Positions 50,750 to 62,939 of a stretch of 64,000 bases of DNA are shown one piece after another. Made by a program: the position numbers and the translations under genes. The notes under the pieces were generated by a model that worked only from the letters and a program-made list of their open reading frames with translations, did no database searches and had not been told where the DNA came from. The stretch lies in the NCBI RefSeq assembly GCF_001194135.2, contig NC_068981.1:151561560-151625559 (forward strand), read 5' to 3'. The DNA is from Octopus bimaculoides. Lineage: Eukaryota. Numbering within the stretch: the first letter of the stretch is position 1; each line of letters opens with the position of its first letter.

Positions 50750-51114
50750 TACGTTTATATATAAATGTACACGTGAATTTGATTTGCCTAAATTTGATTC
50801 TTACTTCTACGTTATTCTAACGCTTCAGGTTTAAATACCTGGAGCACTTCACATAGAAGTCTATGCATTGGAGAAAATATTCTTCCTTATAATCATATAT
50901 GTATACATACATACATACGTACATACATACATGCATACATACATACATACATACATACGTACGTACGTACGTACATACATACATACATACATACATACAT
51001 ACATGCATAAACCATCTCAAAACTTGAAAGAAAAAGGCTGATTAGAAGACTACAGATTCAAGCCATCAATGGAACTGTAAAGATATGTAAAACTTTCCAA
51101 ACATTTAGCACATA

Positions 51115-51330
51115 AATACATATGCATGCATCTAAAACGCATCCATAAAACAAACATACAAATCTGCGCATACCCTAACACCAAATACTGCATACACACA
51201 CATTATATGCACAAATACCTAGATGATGTTGATAAAAGTTCCAATGAAGGAGCCTTGAATCTATGTTAGAGTCCGGCTCTTTCTCTATGGACAAGAAATA
51301 CAGAAATGAAACTGATTGATAACATACATA
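51115..51330 (-). mobile_element. Family T repeat (young copy)
   Basis: Reverse complement nearly identical to 26958-27185; flanked by (CATA)n. Confidence 0.85.
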
Positions 51331-51841
51331 CATACATACATACATACATACATAGGGCTAGTATCTTCCACCATAGTTTCAGACCGGCCTAAGCCTTGTG
51401 AGTAGATGTTACTTTACATATAAATACATGCATACATACATACATACATACATAAATATATATACATACACACACACCCACACACACACATTTATATTTG
51501 CATACATATGTATATGTGTGTGTGTGTATGTATATGCATGTATGTATGAATATATGTATGTATATACTTTCCTTTTGTAGGTGATACATGAGTGTTCTGC
51601 AATTTCTTCCTCAACAATCTGCACAAATAATTTGTTTATATTGATCACTTTCCATCTTTACTACTAACAATAACCTCATTTTGATCTTGAAATATATTTC
51701 CTCCATCCTCATGTTACTCCCTATTTAAACACCACCAACTCCCCTTCCTAATAAATGTAGCTCTCAATAAAATCATTCAATCTTTAACATCCATCATGCC
51801 ATCAATTCAAATGCAAAATTGTTTTAATACAATTTTTTCCG

Positions 51842-51930
51842 CTGAGGAAGGAGACGTTGTCATCCAATAATGAACCCTAATCTCTGTCATATATCAGGAC
51901 CATCAAGCCCCCTGAAACGGCCGTAAGACT
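51842..51930 (+). ncRNA. Hammerhead-like motif with long stem II insert; no local stem I
   Basis: CTGAGGA-AGGAG...CCCCT-GAAA-CGGCCG-TA; palindromic stem III ACGGCCGT, GUA triplet. Confidence 0.45.
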
Positions 51931-52061
51931 TTTAAAACTCTACCTCTCTTATTTATGATATCGTTTTCTTTTATGTACGTTCGTCTATGTATTCCTAATA
52001 TCCACATACTTTTACATTTTTCATTTAGATTAAATGTATCTTTATGTGTAAATAGACTTAC

Positions 52062-52132
52062 CTAGTTTGCTTATCGTTGCTTTACTTATTTAACGGCTCA
52101 AGTTCTAATCTCTTGATCACTTCGAAGTGTTT
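52062..52132 (-). other. Candidate 71-nt non-coding exon
   Basis: ttctctatatatag|AAACAC...AAACTAG|gtaagt; stops in all three frames. Confidence 0.25.
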
Positions 52133-52214
52133 CTATATATAGAGAACAGCTGTCTCTAATATATGTGAGGTATATATTCCCACATCGACAACTCTATTAT
52201 GAGATTACTTCATT

Positions 52215-52355
52215 TTAGTAGCTCAGTGGACTAGAGTAGCGTGAAACGAAGCGTTTTGTTCAAGAAAATAACGCAATATCCAATGTAAGAAACAAAGTTA
52301 CTAGCTTACGACCATGAATGCGACATCCTAACCACTAAGCAAAGCGCCTCCACCA
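52215..52355 (-). mobile_element. Family C SINE 5' part
   Basis: Reverse complement gtggaggcgctttgcttagtggttagg...ttgaacaaaacgcttcgtttcacg..ccactgagct. Confidence 0.7.
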
Positions 52356-52410
52356 AGCAAACATTAGGCAACATTAATTGAAGCCGAGAGAATAAAGAGA
52401 GAAACTATGA

Positions 52411-52488
<78 letters not shown>

Positions 52489-53389
52489 TTGTTTTGGTTA
52501 TTGATTTTAATACATTGGTATTAGTTATTTCCTTATATTTGATTATAAAATCAAAATAACACTTTGACTTCCTTCAGCTTTATTTTATTCAAATCATCAC
52601 CTGACGCTCACAATAAAAGTTAGCTTTAATAGCATTCAAAGAAATTTACGTAATTAAACCCAACTATTGGATTAATTGCATTTTCGTTAAGTCAAGGAAT
52701 ATTATGAGGTTATCTTAACTGAGGTAATATAAAGGATATAAAGTTACAATGTTCGATAAAAATGCCATTTTGATATTCACTTTTCATTATACAGATTATT
52801 AACATAATGATCTATCTCTTTTACCATCTTAAAACACACTCTCAATCAATTTACATGCGTGTGTGTGTACGCGCGCGCGTGTTTGTGTAAATAAAGTGGA
52901 TTTCAGATAACTGAAAGGACTTAATGGAAACGTATTCATTGAATTTTAATTCAAGTCTTAACCTGTGAAATAATAACTCAATAGTTAATCTATCATTCAT
53001 TTCAAATGTATGTATTTATATATGCATGTACACACACATGCACAAACATACACCACACACATATATATATGCATGTATACATATATATATATGTGTATAT
53101 ATATATATATATATNNNNNNNNNNNNNNNNNNNNNNNNNNNNNNNNNNNNNNNNNNNNNNNNNNNNNNNNNNNNNNNNNNNNNNNNNNNNNNNNNNNNNN
53201 NNNNNNNNNNNNNNNNNNNNNNNNNNNNNNNNNNNNNNNNNNNNNNNNNNNNNNNNNNNNNNNNNNNNNNNNNNNNNNNNNNNNNNNNNNNNNNNNNNNN
53301 NNNNNNNNNNNNNNNNNNNNNNNNNNNNNNNNNNNNNNNNNNNNNNNNNNNNNNNNNNNNNNNNNNNNNATATATATATATATAAAACA

Positions 53390-53488
53390 AATTAAAAACA
53401 GTGGCTTATTAGCAATTAGAAAGGCAAAATTAATAGAGGCCACTTTTGCCTTTAGGTTCTAATTGCTAATAAGCCACCCTTTTTAATT
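53390..53488. repeat. Short hairpin, MITE-like
   Basis: Perfect 21-bp arms gtggcttattagcaattagaa / ttctaattgctaataagccac plus an inner aaggcaaaa/ttttgcctt pair and an outer 9-bp pair. Confidence 0.9.
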
Positions 53489-54388
53489 AGTTGTTTACAC
53501 TTACACCGTTTACAAAATCAGCATATGATTTAAACGGTTTTTCTGATATGACTGGCAGGAGAAGTTGAGTTTAACCCTAGGCGTTAAGAGTCGCTGATGA
53601 GAATTAAGGTGTCAACACCAAGATTCGAGATCGAAATACGGTTTCATATGCTAGGGACTTCCATTTGTCAATCATGAAATTATAATGTATTGTGGCTTTA
53701 GAGTTAGTTTAACTCTTAGTTTAGCATGATCGGTGCTGACCAGCACCCACCGTCACATTTTCTGTGTGAGTGTGCACGCGCATGAGTGTGCACGCGCGTG
53801 AGTGTGTGTGCGCGTGTGTTCGCGTATTCTTGTAGATAGATAGATAGATAGATAGATGGATAGATAGATGGATAGATAGATGCAGAGAGAAAGAGAGGGA
53901 TTGGGGGTTGCTTTACACGTGTGTGTATGTGTGTGTTTATATAATGAACAATGTAATTTGGTCCATACAGAGATGAGAAAACGTGCGACGGATGTGTAAA
54001 ACAGCGTAAATTTAATTCGAAGCTGCAATCTCAGTTTTCCCTCTCGGTGGATCAGGAAAAAGTGAAATGTACTTCATAAAAAGATCTATATTTATTAATT
54101 GAATTGGCAATGTTCTTTGGGGTGTAGTGTTTGATTTGGTCCATCGTAATTACTTTCGTATAAAGGACCGTTTCTAACCAATCACAAAATCTTACTTTTT
54201 CTTTTCCCAGTAATTTCTATGTATTTTCATACTTTTTTATCGGTAAGACGTAGAACCTCAAGCAATGCTATTGCAAACTCAGGTTTCATTAGATTATGCA
54301 TGAATCTCACACTCTTTCTTTATTTCTCTCTCTCTCTCTCTCCCTCGCCCTCTATCTGTCTCTGTCTGTCTGTATATCTCTCTCTCTT

Positions 54389-54509
<121 letters not shown>

Positions 54510-55078
54510 CTATCTATCCATCNNNNNNNNNNNNNNNNNNNNNNNNNNNNNNNNNNNNNNNNNNNNNNNNNNNNNNNNNNNNNNNNNNNNNNNNNNNNNN
54601 NNNNNNNNNNNNNNNNNNNNNNNNNNNNNNNNNNNNNNNNNNNNNNNNNNNNNNNNNNNNNNNNNNNNNNNNNNNNNNNNNNNNNNNNNNNNNNNNNNNN
54701 NNNNNNNNNNNNNNNNNNNNNNNNNNNNNNNNNNNNNNNNNNNNNNNNNNNNNNNNNNNNNNNNNNNNNNNNNNNNNNNNNNNNNNNNNNNNNNNNNNNN
54801 NNNNNNNNNNNNNNNNNNNNNNNNNNNNNNNNNNNNNNNNNNNNNNNNNNNNNNNNNNNNNNNNNNNNNNNNNNNNNNNNNNNNNNNNNNNNNNNNNNNN
54901 NNNNNNNNNNNNNNNNNNNNNNNNNNNNNNNNNNNNNNNNNNNNNNNNNNNNNNNNNNNNNNNNNNNNNNNNNNNNNNNNNNNNNNNNNNNNNNNNNNNN
55001 NNNNNNNNNNNNNNNNNNNNNNNNNNNNNNNNNNNNNNNNNNNNNNNNNNNNNNNNNNNNNNNNNNNNNNNNNNNNNN

Positions 55079-55126
<48 letters not shown>

Positions 55127-55149
55127 TTCAGTTGTGCATTTAATATTAA

Positions 55150-55660
55150 GAATAAGTTACTTAGCACTCCTAAGCCACGGATAGAGGCAGGTTGTTCATG
55201 CAGGATTAGAAATGAATGCCCAGTGGCGGCCGATGTAACACCGACGCTACAGTGCACTAAGCAAAGGCAGCCTCAAACGGAAGCAGTACAAATATCAATA
55301 ACATCAATGCCAACACAGGGAAATTTATGTCGGATCTTGTGAATCTAGATTTAAAATTCGCCTGAACAACCACAGATCATCATTCAAGGCCTCCGGAAAG
55401 ACGCAACACAACAACACTTGCAGCATATGTGTGGCGCCTAAAGGACGATCATACGCTCTTTAACATCAGATGGAAATTACTGGAAACTTGTGGACCCTAT
55501 CGTAATGGAACAAGACTGTGTAAATTATGTTTGGCAGAAAGATTTATAATTATCATGAACTCACATGAGCCAGGAGACTACTTTACCTCCAGAACTGAAA
55601 CCGTGGGGAGTTGTCCACATTTTCGGAAATTTTTACTTCAGAAATGGAAAACCTAGCTAC
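55150..55660 (+). pseudogene. Penelope-like GIY-YIG remnant, possibly Naiad-type
   Basis: GCSCRIRNECPV, IYVGSCESRFKIRLNNHRSSF and YVWRLK..IRWKLLE..PYRNGTRLCKLCLAERFII..SCPHFRKFLL; several frameshifts. Confidence 0.85.
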
Positions 55661-55757
55661 TAAGCGGCCATATTCTTAAAGAGGATTATTTCTTGAACTA
55701 TCACCGGCGTTCTTGTGTTTTAAAACAAACATTCTTTGCAGAGAACGGTTACTGTTT

Positions 55758-55814
55758 AGAGAAACTGAAGAGATGTCTTGTTCATGCTAAATATGAAACC
55801 AATGGCTTTTTTCT
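55758..55814 (+). ncRNA. Degenerate hammerhead motif 3' of the GIY-YIG ORF
   Basis: AGAGAAA-CTGAAGA-G...-GAAA-CCAATGG-C-T-TTTTTCT; 7-bp stem I, U16.1 replaced by C, poor stem II. Confidence 0.5.
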
Positions 55815-55919
55815 TAACTTACGTTACATATACACAAATAAATAACTGCTCTATATTTTGTAGGGTATGCTCTTCGCTTGATTTATGATATTGTAACGAA
55901 GATATATAGATTCGCTGTG

Positions 55920-56440
55920 AACAGGAATTAATCTTCTCTCTTCGCTCCTTTGCTCCCCTCTTCATCTAATTCCCCTCCTCTCTCCTCTCACTCTCTCACA
56001 CCTACTTCCTCTCTTCACTACCAACCACCTCTTCTCTCCTCTCTTGCTCTGACACCTACTTCCTCTCTTCACTCCTACCCACCTTCTCCCTTCCACCCTC
56101 TCCCTTCATCGTCACCCCCTCCATCGTTACCCCAGCCCTACACATCCCAACCCCAACACCCCTATACATCCCACCCACACATTCCACTCCCACATACACC
56201 CCACCTTCACACCCCTACCCCACTCTCACACCCCTACCCCACAACCCACACCCTACATTTAAACCCCGCCCTTGCACCCCCACACTCGCATCCCCACACC
56301 CCAACATCCTCATACCACATCATGCTATACCGCATCACACCACCACACCACACACCACCACATCACAACACAACATACTACACAACACCACACCACTACA
56401 CCACATTATAGCATCACACCACAAGACAACACAAAACACC
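55920..56440. repeat. C/A-rich low-complexity tract
   Basis: CT-rich grading into CCCCAC and CACCA repeats; explains the P/H/T-rich ORFs. Confidence 0.9.
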
Positions 56441-56595
56441 AAATTCCGCCGAGGTCGACTTTGCCTTTCATCCTTTTGGGGTCGATAAATTAAGTACCAG
56501 TTACGCACTGGGGTCGATGTAATCGACTTAATCCCTTTGTCTGTCCTTGTTTGTCCTGTATATGTTTAGCCCCTTGTGGGAAATAAAGAAATAAA
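56440..56595 (+). mobile_element. 5'-truncated family A SINE
   Basis: aaattccgccgaggtcgactttgcctttcatccttttggggtcgataaattaagtaccagtt...gggaaataaagaaataaaaa. Confidence 0.9.
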
Positions 56596-56601
56596 AAAAA
56601 A

Positions 56602-56699
56602 CTTCTCTCCCAGTCAATCGTTCCTGTCTTTATAAAAGGGAATAAATCGCTCCCAGTAAATTACTGTCCAATTTCACTCACCTCACATATCATCAAAAT

Positions 56700-56730
<31 letters not shown>

Positions 56731-58020
56731 TTGACATCAAGAATAACAGCCTTCCTAGAGCAAAATCATCTAAATTGCAACCAGCATAGCTTTCGTAGTG
56801 AGAGGAACTGTCTAACACAGCTCCTCCACCACTTTGATGACATCTTAAATGCAATAAGTGAGAGCTCCAACGCCAATGTCATATACCTTAATTTCACAAG
56901 GCCTTTGACATAGTCGAACGCAATATAGTGCTGGAGAAACTATTCAACGCTGGAGTCTGTGGAAAGCTACTTCAATGGATTAAGTATTTCCTAACAAACA
57001 AGACCCAGCATGTTGTGGTTGATAGGCATCCACTCTCAAGACCAGCTAGAGTCATATCAGTGGAGTCCTGCAGGGTACTGTGCTGGGTCCACTGTGCAGA
57101 TTACATTGAACATAACGCCATTAAAATATTTGCAGATGACTATAGGCTTCAGAAAGACATTAAGGAAGTATATGATCGAATGATGCTTCAATCGGATTTA
57201 TGCTCAGTAACCCAGTGGGCACAGAAAACAATATGCAGCTGAACGTAGAAAAATTTGAGCTCATCCACTTTGGAAAAGAAGGCACGCTCAAATACTACTG
57301 TCGGGAGACCTACTTCAACTGTCGGACAATATTAGAGACTTAGGTGTAACTGTCGACAGCAACCTTAACTGGAGTCTGCACATCAACAATAAAGTCGATG
57401 TTGCCTGCAGAATTTGCTCATGGATCCTCAGAACTTTTCAATCTAGGGATCAGGAAACCATCATCTTTCTCTTTTTCACATTCGCTAGGCTCCACCGCGA
57501 ATACTGCTGCCCATTGTGGTCCCCCATCATAAAAACAAGACATAATGAGGATAGAAGCGCCACAAAGCTCAAACATTAAAAAATAATAATAATAAATGGC
57601 ATGACGGGACTTGATTATTGGGCTCAACTTAAACAGCTGAAACGCTGCCGTGAGCGATACATTATTTGCACCATGTGGAAAATATCCAAATAATATCCAT
57701 GTGGAAAATATTATTATCCAAGTAATATCAGCATTATATTTAAAATTCACCCAAGACTGGGTCCCCCGTGCAATGCATTCGCTACAAAGGTCGTGATCAT
57801 ATCACATAAGAACATTGCGGCACAATTTCTTCACTGGAAATGGTCCTGCTATTTTCAATGTTATCCCGAAAGAAATTAAAGAGGAAAAAGACCCCACAAC
57901 TTTCAAACGGTACCAGGACAAATACCTCCAGGAAATACCGGACAAACCACCTACACTTGGATACGTCTCAGCCAACAACTCTCTGTTTGAGTGGTCCATG
58001 GTGTCCCGAAATAATTAATT
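56602..58020 (+). pseudogene. CR1-clade LINE reverse transcriptase remnant
   Basis: KGNKSLPVNYCPISLTSH, NQHSFRSERNCLTQLL, IKIFADD, RDLGVTVDSNL, EYCCPLWSP and KYLQEIPDKP; interrupted by (GA)n at 56705-56730; many frameshifts. Confidence 0.92.
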
Positions 58021-58097
58021 AAAAGACTTTTCTACGTAGAAACCAATCTAAGTTATTTAAGTTATATATGTTGATGGTGATGCTGGGATCTTTGGCA

Positions 58098-58185
58098 CTA
58101 TGCAGTGACGCCCCGTTCTGCTGTTTGTGTAACTTTCAATGCAAAGTTTGGTACAAGGCCCTCCAGGATTTTCCAGCATGCATAC
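58098..58185 (-). pseudogene. Second CR1-type C-terminal fragment
   Basis: YACWKILEGLVPNF matches the CR1 thumb-region WKILEGLVPN motif. Confidence 0.6.
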
Positions 58186-58310
58186 AGGTGGTGTTCCAGC
58201 ATTGCCGCTGTCAAATGATCAAATGACTGAAACAAGTAAAAGAATAAAAGAATATTTCGTTTTTGGATTTGGTTTGCAAGATCTTTTATATGATTTCGTG
58301 TGTTGAAGCA

Positions 58311-58566
58311 TATTCTGTTGTGTCTGGGGAGAGTCAGTTTCTTATCGTGCCTTAACATTTAACACACTCACCGTTAAAATTTCCACTTATTTTTATTTTC
58401 CTAAAATTTTCGTTGCGTCTCGCAACCTTTTCAATAGTCGACTATTGAAAAGGTTGCAAGACAACGAAAATTTTAGGAAAATAAAAATAAGTGGAAATTT
58501 TAACGGTGAGTGTGTTAAATGTTAAGGCACGATAAGAAACTGACTCTCCCCAGACACAACAGAATA
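58311..58566. repeat. Spacerless 256-bp palindrome
   Basis: 129/127-bp arms centred on GTCGAC (58437-58442); one substitution plus a 2-nt indel. Confidence 0.95.
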
Positions 58567-59642
58567 AAAGAATACATATACATATACATACATACATACA
58601 TACAATACATATACATGTATACACACTCGCATATATACACTTACATTCCAACATACAAACACGTGTGTATACTCCGCTCTCACTCACTCTCTTTGTTAAG
58701 ATATCAAACACTGAATATAAATTTATTTACGTCGACATCTTACTGACCGTCAACTAATTAACATATAATCCCAACGCTTTAAACGTATTAAATTTTCTAA
58801 AGGTGATCAATGTGTCGTTGCCCGTGAGCTAGGAATACGCTTTATAACATGACAGGTCACGTTACCTAAACAATCCATTATTGCATAGCTTCACCCCTCT
58901 AATTTGCCCATGACGTTTCTATTATTGAATTTTGACTGCATTACTTCAAGTTCATAAACCATTTATTATTGACTTAACACTTTCAACTGCCACTAACAAC
59001 GAATACACTCTAGCTTCCGAAAATTTTCAAACTGCTATTGCTAATATTTTCATGTATGTGTAAATATATAAACACAAAATTTTATTGTAAGTGAATTTCT
59101 AATTTACGATGCAAGTTTCAGGCCACGGTGAAATTAGATGATAACTGTTACAGTTTTGGTGATATATGAGTGGATTTGATGATTGTGCTTACTTATTAGT
59201 TTGTGTTTGCATTTATTGATTGGCTGTTATTCTTCTGTCTCTTGCGTCTGTTATATATATTCTTTTTATTTCCTTACTCATCCTATTTTTTTTTTATTTT
59301 AGCTAAGACTGTTCTTTCGCCATGTTTTTTTATTTTATTATTATTTTTATTGTAATCTGCTGGCAAAGAAATTTTGCAAGTAGGTTTAACTTTGAAACTA
59401 AATAAAGGTGTTTCATGATTGATCAAATATGATGCGGCTACTTTAATTGCAGTAAGCATTTAGGATGTGTTTGCGTGTACCTGTGAACGTAAACATCTGG
59501 AATTTATGTGCTTGTTTTTCTGTTTGTGCCAAATTGATTGTCATGGCTAAAATATTTGAAATTGTATATGTATGTATATATGTATATACAAATATATATG
59601 CGTGTGTCGGGGGGGGGGNNNNNNNNNNNNNNNNNNNNNNNN

Positions 59643-59693
<51 letters not shown>

Positions 59694-60239
59694 CGCGTAT
59701 CAATTACGGTGTACTCCTCCTCTATCGAGAAAGAAAATCCCTCTGAAAATGCCTCTGAAAAACTTGAATAATTTTTTCCTATGTCTTTCCATTTCTACGC
59801 TGGAAGGGTTAAGCAAAGTGAATAGAGCGTCATCGCAGTGTAGACCTCCTACTAATTTTGGAAATCCCTTGTTTATGCAAAATTAAATATGAATTCCCAC
59901 CAGATCAGTTACCTGAACGGAGTCAGTCGATCCAAAGCTTCACTGATAATACTGACAGGTTACAACTGCAGATGCGAGATTTGTAAAATAAGAGAAAATT
60001 TTGAGGATTAACAATTCTCTCTCCATACTATTTATAAACTATTACTAATATATACTCCAGACAATACAACCGTTCACTGAAACGAACACAGAATTAGCCA
60101 TCGGAGGAACTCACAGAGTGACTGATAACTAATAGCACTTGCAGACGTTAAATACTGGTCGATGTGATTAGCCGTAAACTGGAACTTAACTGTGAGCCAC
60201 TAGGGTATCCGCCCGGATAATATAGCCCTATAAACTCAC

Positions 60240-60273
<34 letters not shown>

Positions 60274-60911
60274 NNNNNNNNNNNNNNNNNNNNNNNNNNN
60301 NNNNNNNNNNNNNNNNNNNNNNNNNNNNNNNNNNNNNNNNNNNNNNNNNNNNNNNNNNNNNNNNNNNNNNNNNNNNNNNNNNNNNNNNNNNNNNNNNNNN
60401 NNNNNNNNNNNNNNNNNNNNNNNNNNNNNNNNNNNNNNNNNNNNNNNNNNNNNNNNNNNNNNNNNNNNNNNNNNNNNNNNNNNNNNNNNNNNNNNNNNNN
60501 NNNNNNNNNNNNNNNNNNNNNNNNNNNNNNNNNNNNNNNNNNNNNNNNNNNNNNNNNNNNNNNNNNNNNNNNNNNNNNNNNNNNNNNNNNNNNNNNNNNN
60601 NNNNNNNNNNNNNNNNNNNNNNNNNNNNNNNNNNNNNNNNNNNNNNNNNNNNNNNNNNNNNNNNNNNNNNNNNNNNNNNNNNNNNNNNNNNNNNNNNNNN
60701 NNNNNNNNNNNNNNNNNNNNNNNNNNNNNNNNNNNNNNNNNNNNNNNNNNNNNNNNNNNNNNNNNNNNNNNNNNNNNNNNNNNNNNNNNNNNNNNNNNNN
60801 NNNNNNNNNNNNNNNNNNNNNNNNNNNNNNNNNNNNNNNNNNNNNNNNNNNNNNNNNNNNNNNNNNNNNNNNNNNNNNNNNNNNNNNNNNNNNNNNNNNN
60901 NNNNNNNNNNN

Positions 60912-61383
60912 TCACTCTTACTTCCTGTTTCTGTTGTGCCTGTAATTCAAAGGGTCAGCCTTGTCACACTGTGTCACGCTGAATATCCTCGAGAACTACG
61001 TTAAGGGTACACGTGTCTGTGGAGTGCTCAGCCACTTGCACGTTAATTTCAGGAGCAGGCTGTTCCGTTGATCGGATCAACTGGAACCCTCGAAGTCGTA
61101 AGCGACGGAGTGCCAACAATTATTATTATCATCATCATCATCATCATCATCATTATTATTATTATTATTAAGACGGCGAGCTATCAGAATCGTTAGCACA
61201 CTGGGTGAAATGCTTAGCGGTATTTCTCTCGTTGCTACGTTTTAAGTTCAAATTCCGCCGAGGCCGACTTTGCCATTCATCCTTTCGGAGTCGATAAATT
61301 AAGTACCAGTTGAGTACTGGAATCGATATAATCGACTATCGCGCACCCCCAAATTTCCGGCCTCATGCCCTATAATAGGAAGG

Positions 61384-61427
<44 letters not shown>

Positions 61428-61587
61428 GGCGGCGAGCTTGCAGAATCGTTAGCACGCCGGGCATTTAGTACGTCTTTACGTTCTGAGTCCGAATTCTGCC
61501 GAGGTCGACTTTGGTTTCATCCTTCCGAGGTCGATAAATTAAGTATCAGTGAAATTTCAGGCCTTGTGCTTTTGGTAGAAAGGATTA
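60912..61587 (+). mobile_element. Train of three SINEs separated by (ATT)n/(ATC)n
   Basis: SINE 3' part 60912-61118, then family A copies 61172-61385 and 61427-61587. Confidence 0.85.
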
Positions 61588-62224
61588 TTATTGTTGTTGT
61601 TGTTGTTCGGTTTCCTATTTTGGAATATCTGTCCATATTCGTTCATATAATTATTTCATTTCTCTTTCTGTTAGTGTTTAATTGATATCAAAATTATTTT
61701 CCCTCGTTCCTGGTAAAATAGTTTCGAGTAAGAATAGAACTGCTTGCCTTGTTCAAAGCATCATTGTCGCCTCTCATATCAACATAATCTTCGCAATTTA
61801 ATGACAAATTTATTATTTCAGGTGTTCTTTGATTTTAAATACTGATATTACACATACTAGCAAATCTACCTATCTATGATGGACGCATACAATGAGGGAC
61901 GGAAGTCATAACAGCAGTATGTATTGAGAAATGTGTAAATGCACTTGATAGAATACTGGGTAATGTCTTAGGGACATCACATTATTGTTGGTGATGCAGC
62001 ATTCTGTTACAGCTATATGACGTGCTTGTGACTAAGTGACATGTGATGACGATTCACTCCCGAACTGAAATAGACTCCCTAGCCACTCATATACTATATA
62101 AAAAATGCGTCGGTTGTACATATAGGGTCCATGTAGCAACACTTTCTTTGGTGATGTTATTGGATTTATTTCAGATTCTACGGAGAATTGTGCTTCCTTG
62201 TTGATATTATTGACTCGGGTAGAC

Positions 62225-62530
62225 TTTGTTGTTGTTATTCTTTTATTCACTTAACTTCTGATTTATCTGTGTCACGTCTCAGCTCCATTCCGCAGCTTAG
62301 AGATACAATGTGTTTCTCATTACATGAGCTATTCTAAGTATTGCCGCCAACTGAATATTTCCTATGAAGTTTGGTATTTGCACTTTGAGATGGTCCCGAG
62401 TACACCACACCGATCACATTAGGTACCACACTAACTTTTGAAGCTCTACAAGTTCGTTTCTCTTCCAATGCTAGGTCTTGGTGCTTCCCGAATTTTTCAT
62501 TCTCTGTCTTTACAGTATTTTTATCATTAT
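62225..62530 (-). pseudogene. R4/Dong-type LINE 3' end (REL C-terminus, UTR, AAC tail)
   Basis: TENEKFGKHQDLALEEKR..KVSVVPNVIG..IQLAAILRIAHVMRNTL, then aataaaagaataacaacaacaa. Confidence 0.7.
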
Positions 62531-62939
62531 TATTAGTAGTATTTGCAATAGTTATTTTATAGGGCTGAACGATATTTTGACAGCTTGCCTGCTTTTGTCG
62601 AGTTCAGAATGAAAAGCGATACATAGATATTCCAAATTATAAAAATTTGAATTCAAACGTTTGAACGAAGACATCGTGCGTTCCCCCTTTGACGGAATGG
62701 TATCATCAGTCTTCAATTTACAATTTTACAATTAGCAAACAGAAAAAGAAATAAAAAAGAAAAGAGGAAAGAAGAAGGAGAATATTTAATCAATCAGTTT
62801 GTGTAAATATGATGAAAATCCCCTGTCATTTTGTTCATTCCTCGTTCAAACTGTTGAATTTGAATTTCTATGATTTTTAATTTTTGTATCACTTTTCATT
62901 TTGAACTCGACAAAGACAAGCAAGCTGTTGAAATATTAT

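Noticed and set aside
53594-53645. CTGATGA followed by a good stem-loop
   Set aside because: Followed by GAGA rather than GAAA, with no UH site or stem I, and it overlaps a SINE-like remnant.
55150-55660. Selenocysteine (UGA) recoding, as reported for some Naiad Penelope elements
   Set aside because: The conserved Cys positions here are TGT/TGC; no in-frame TGA at those sites and no clear SECIS seen.
55950-56493. Pro/His/Thr-rich extensin-like ORFs
   Set aside because: Translation of a C/A-rich low-complexity tract.
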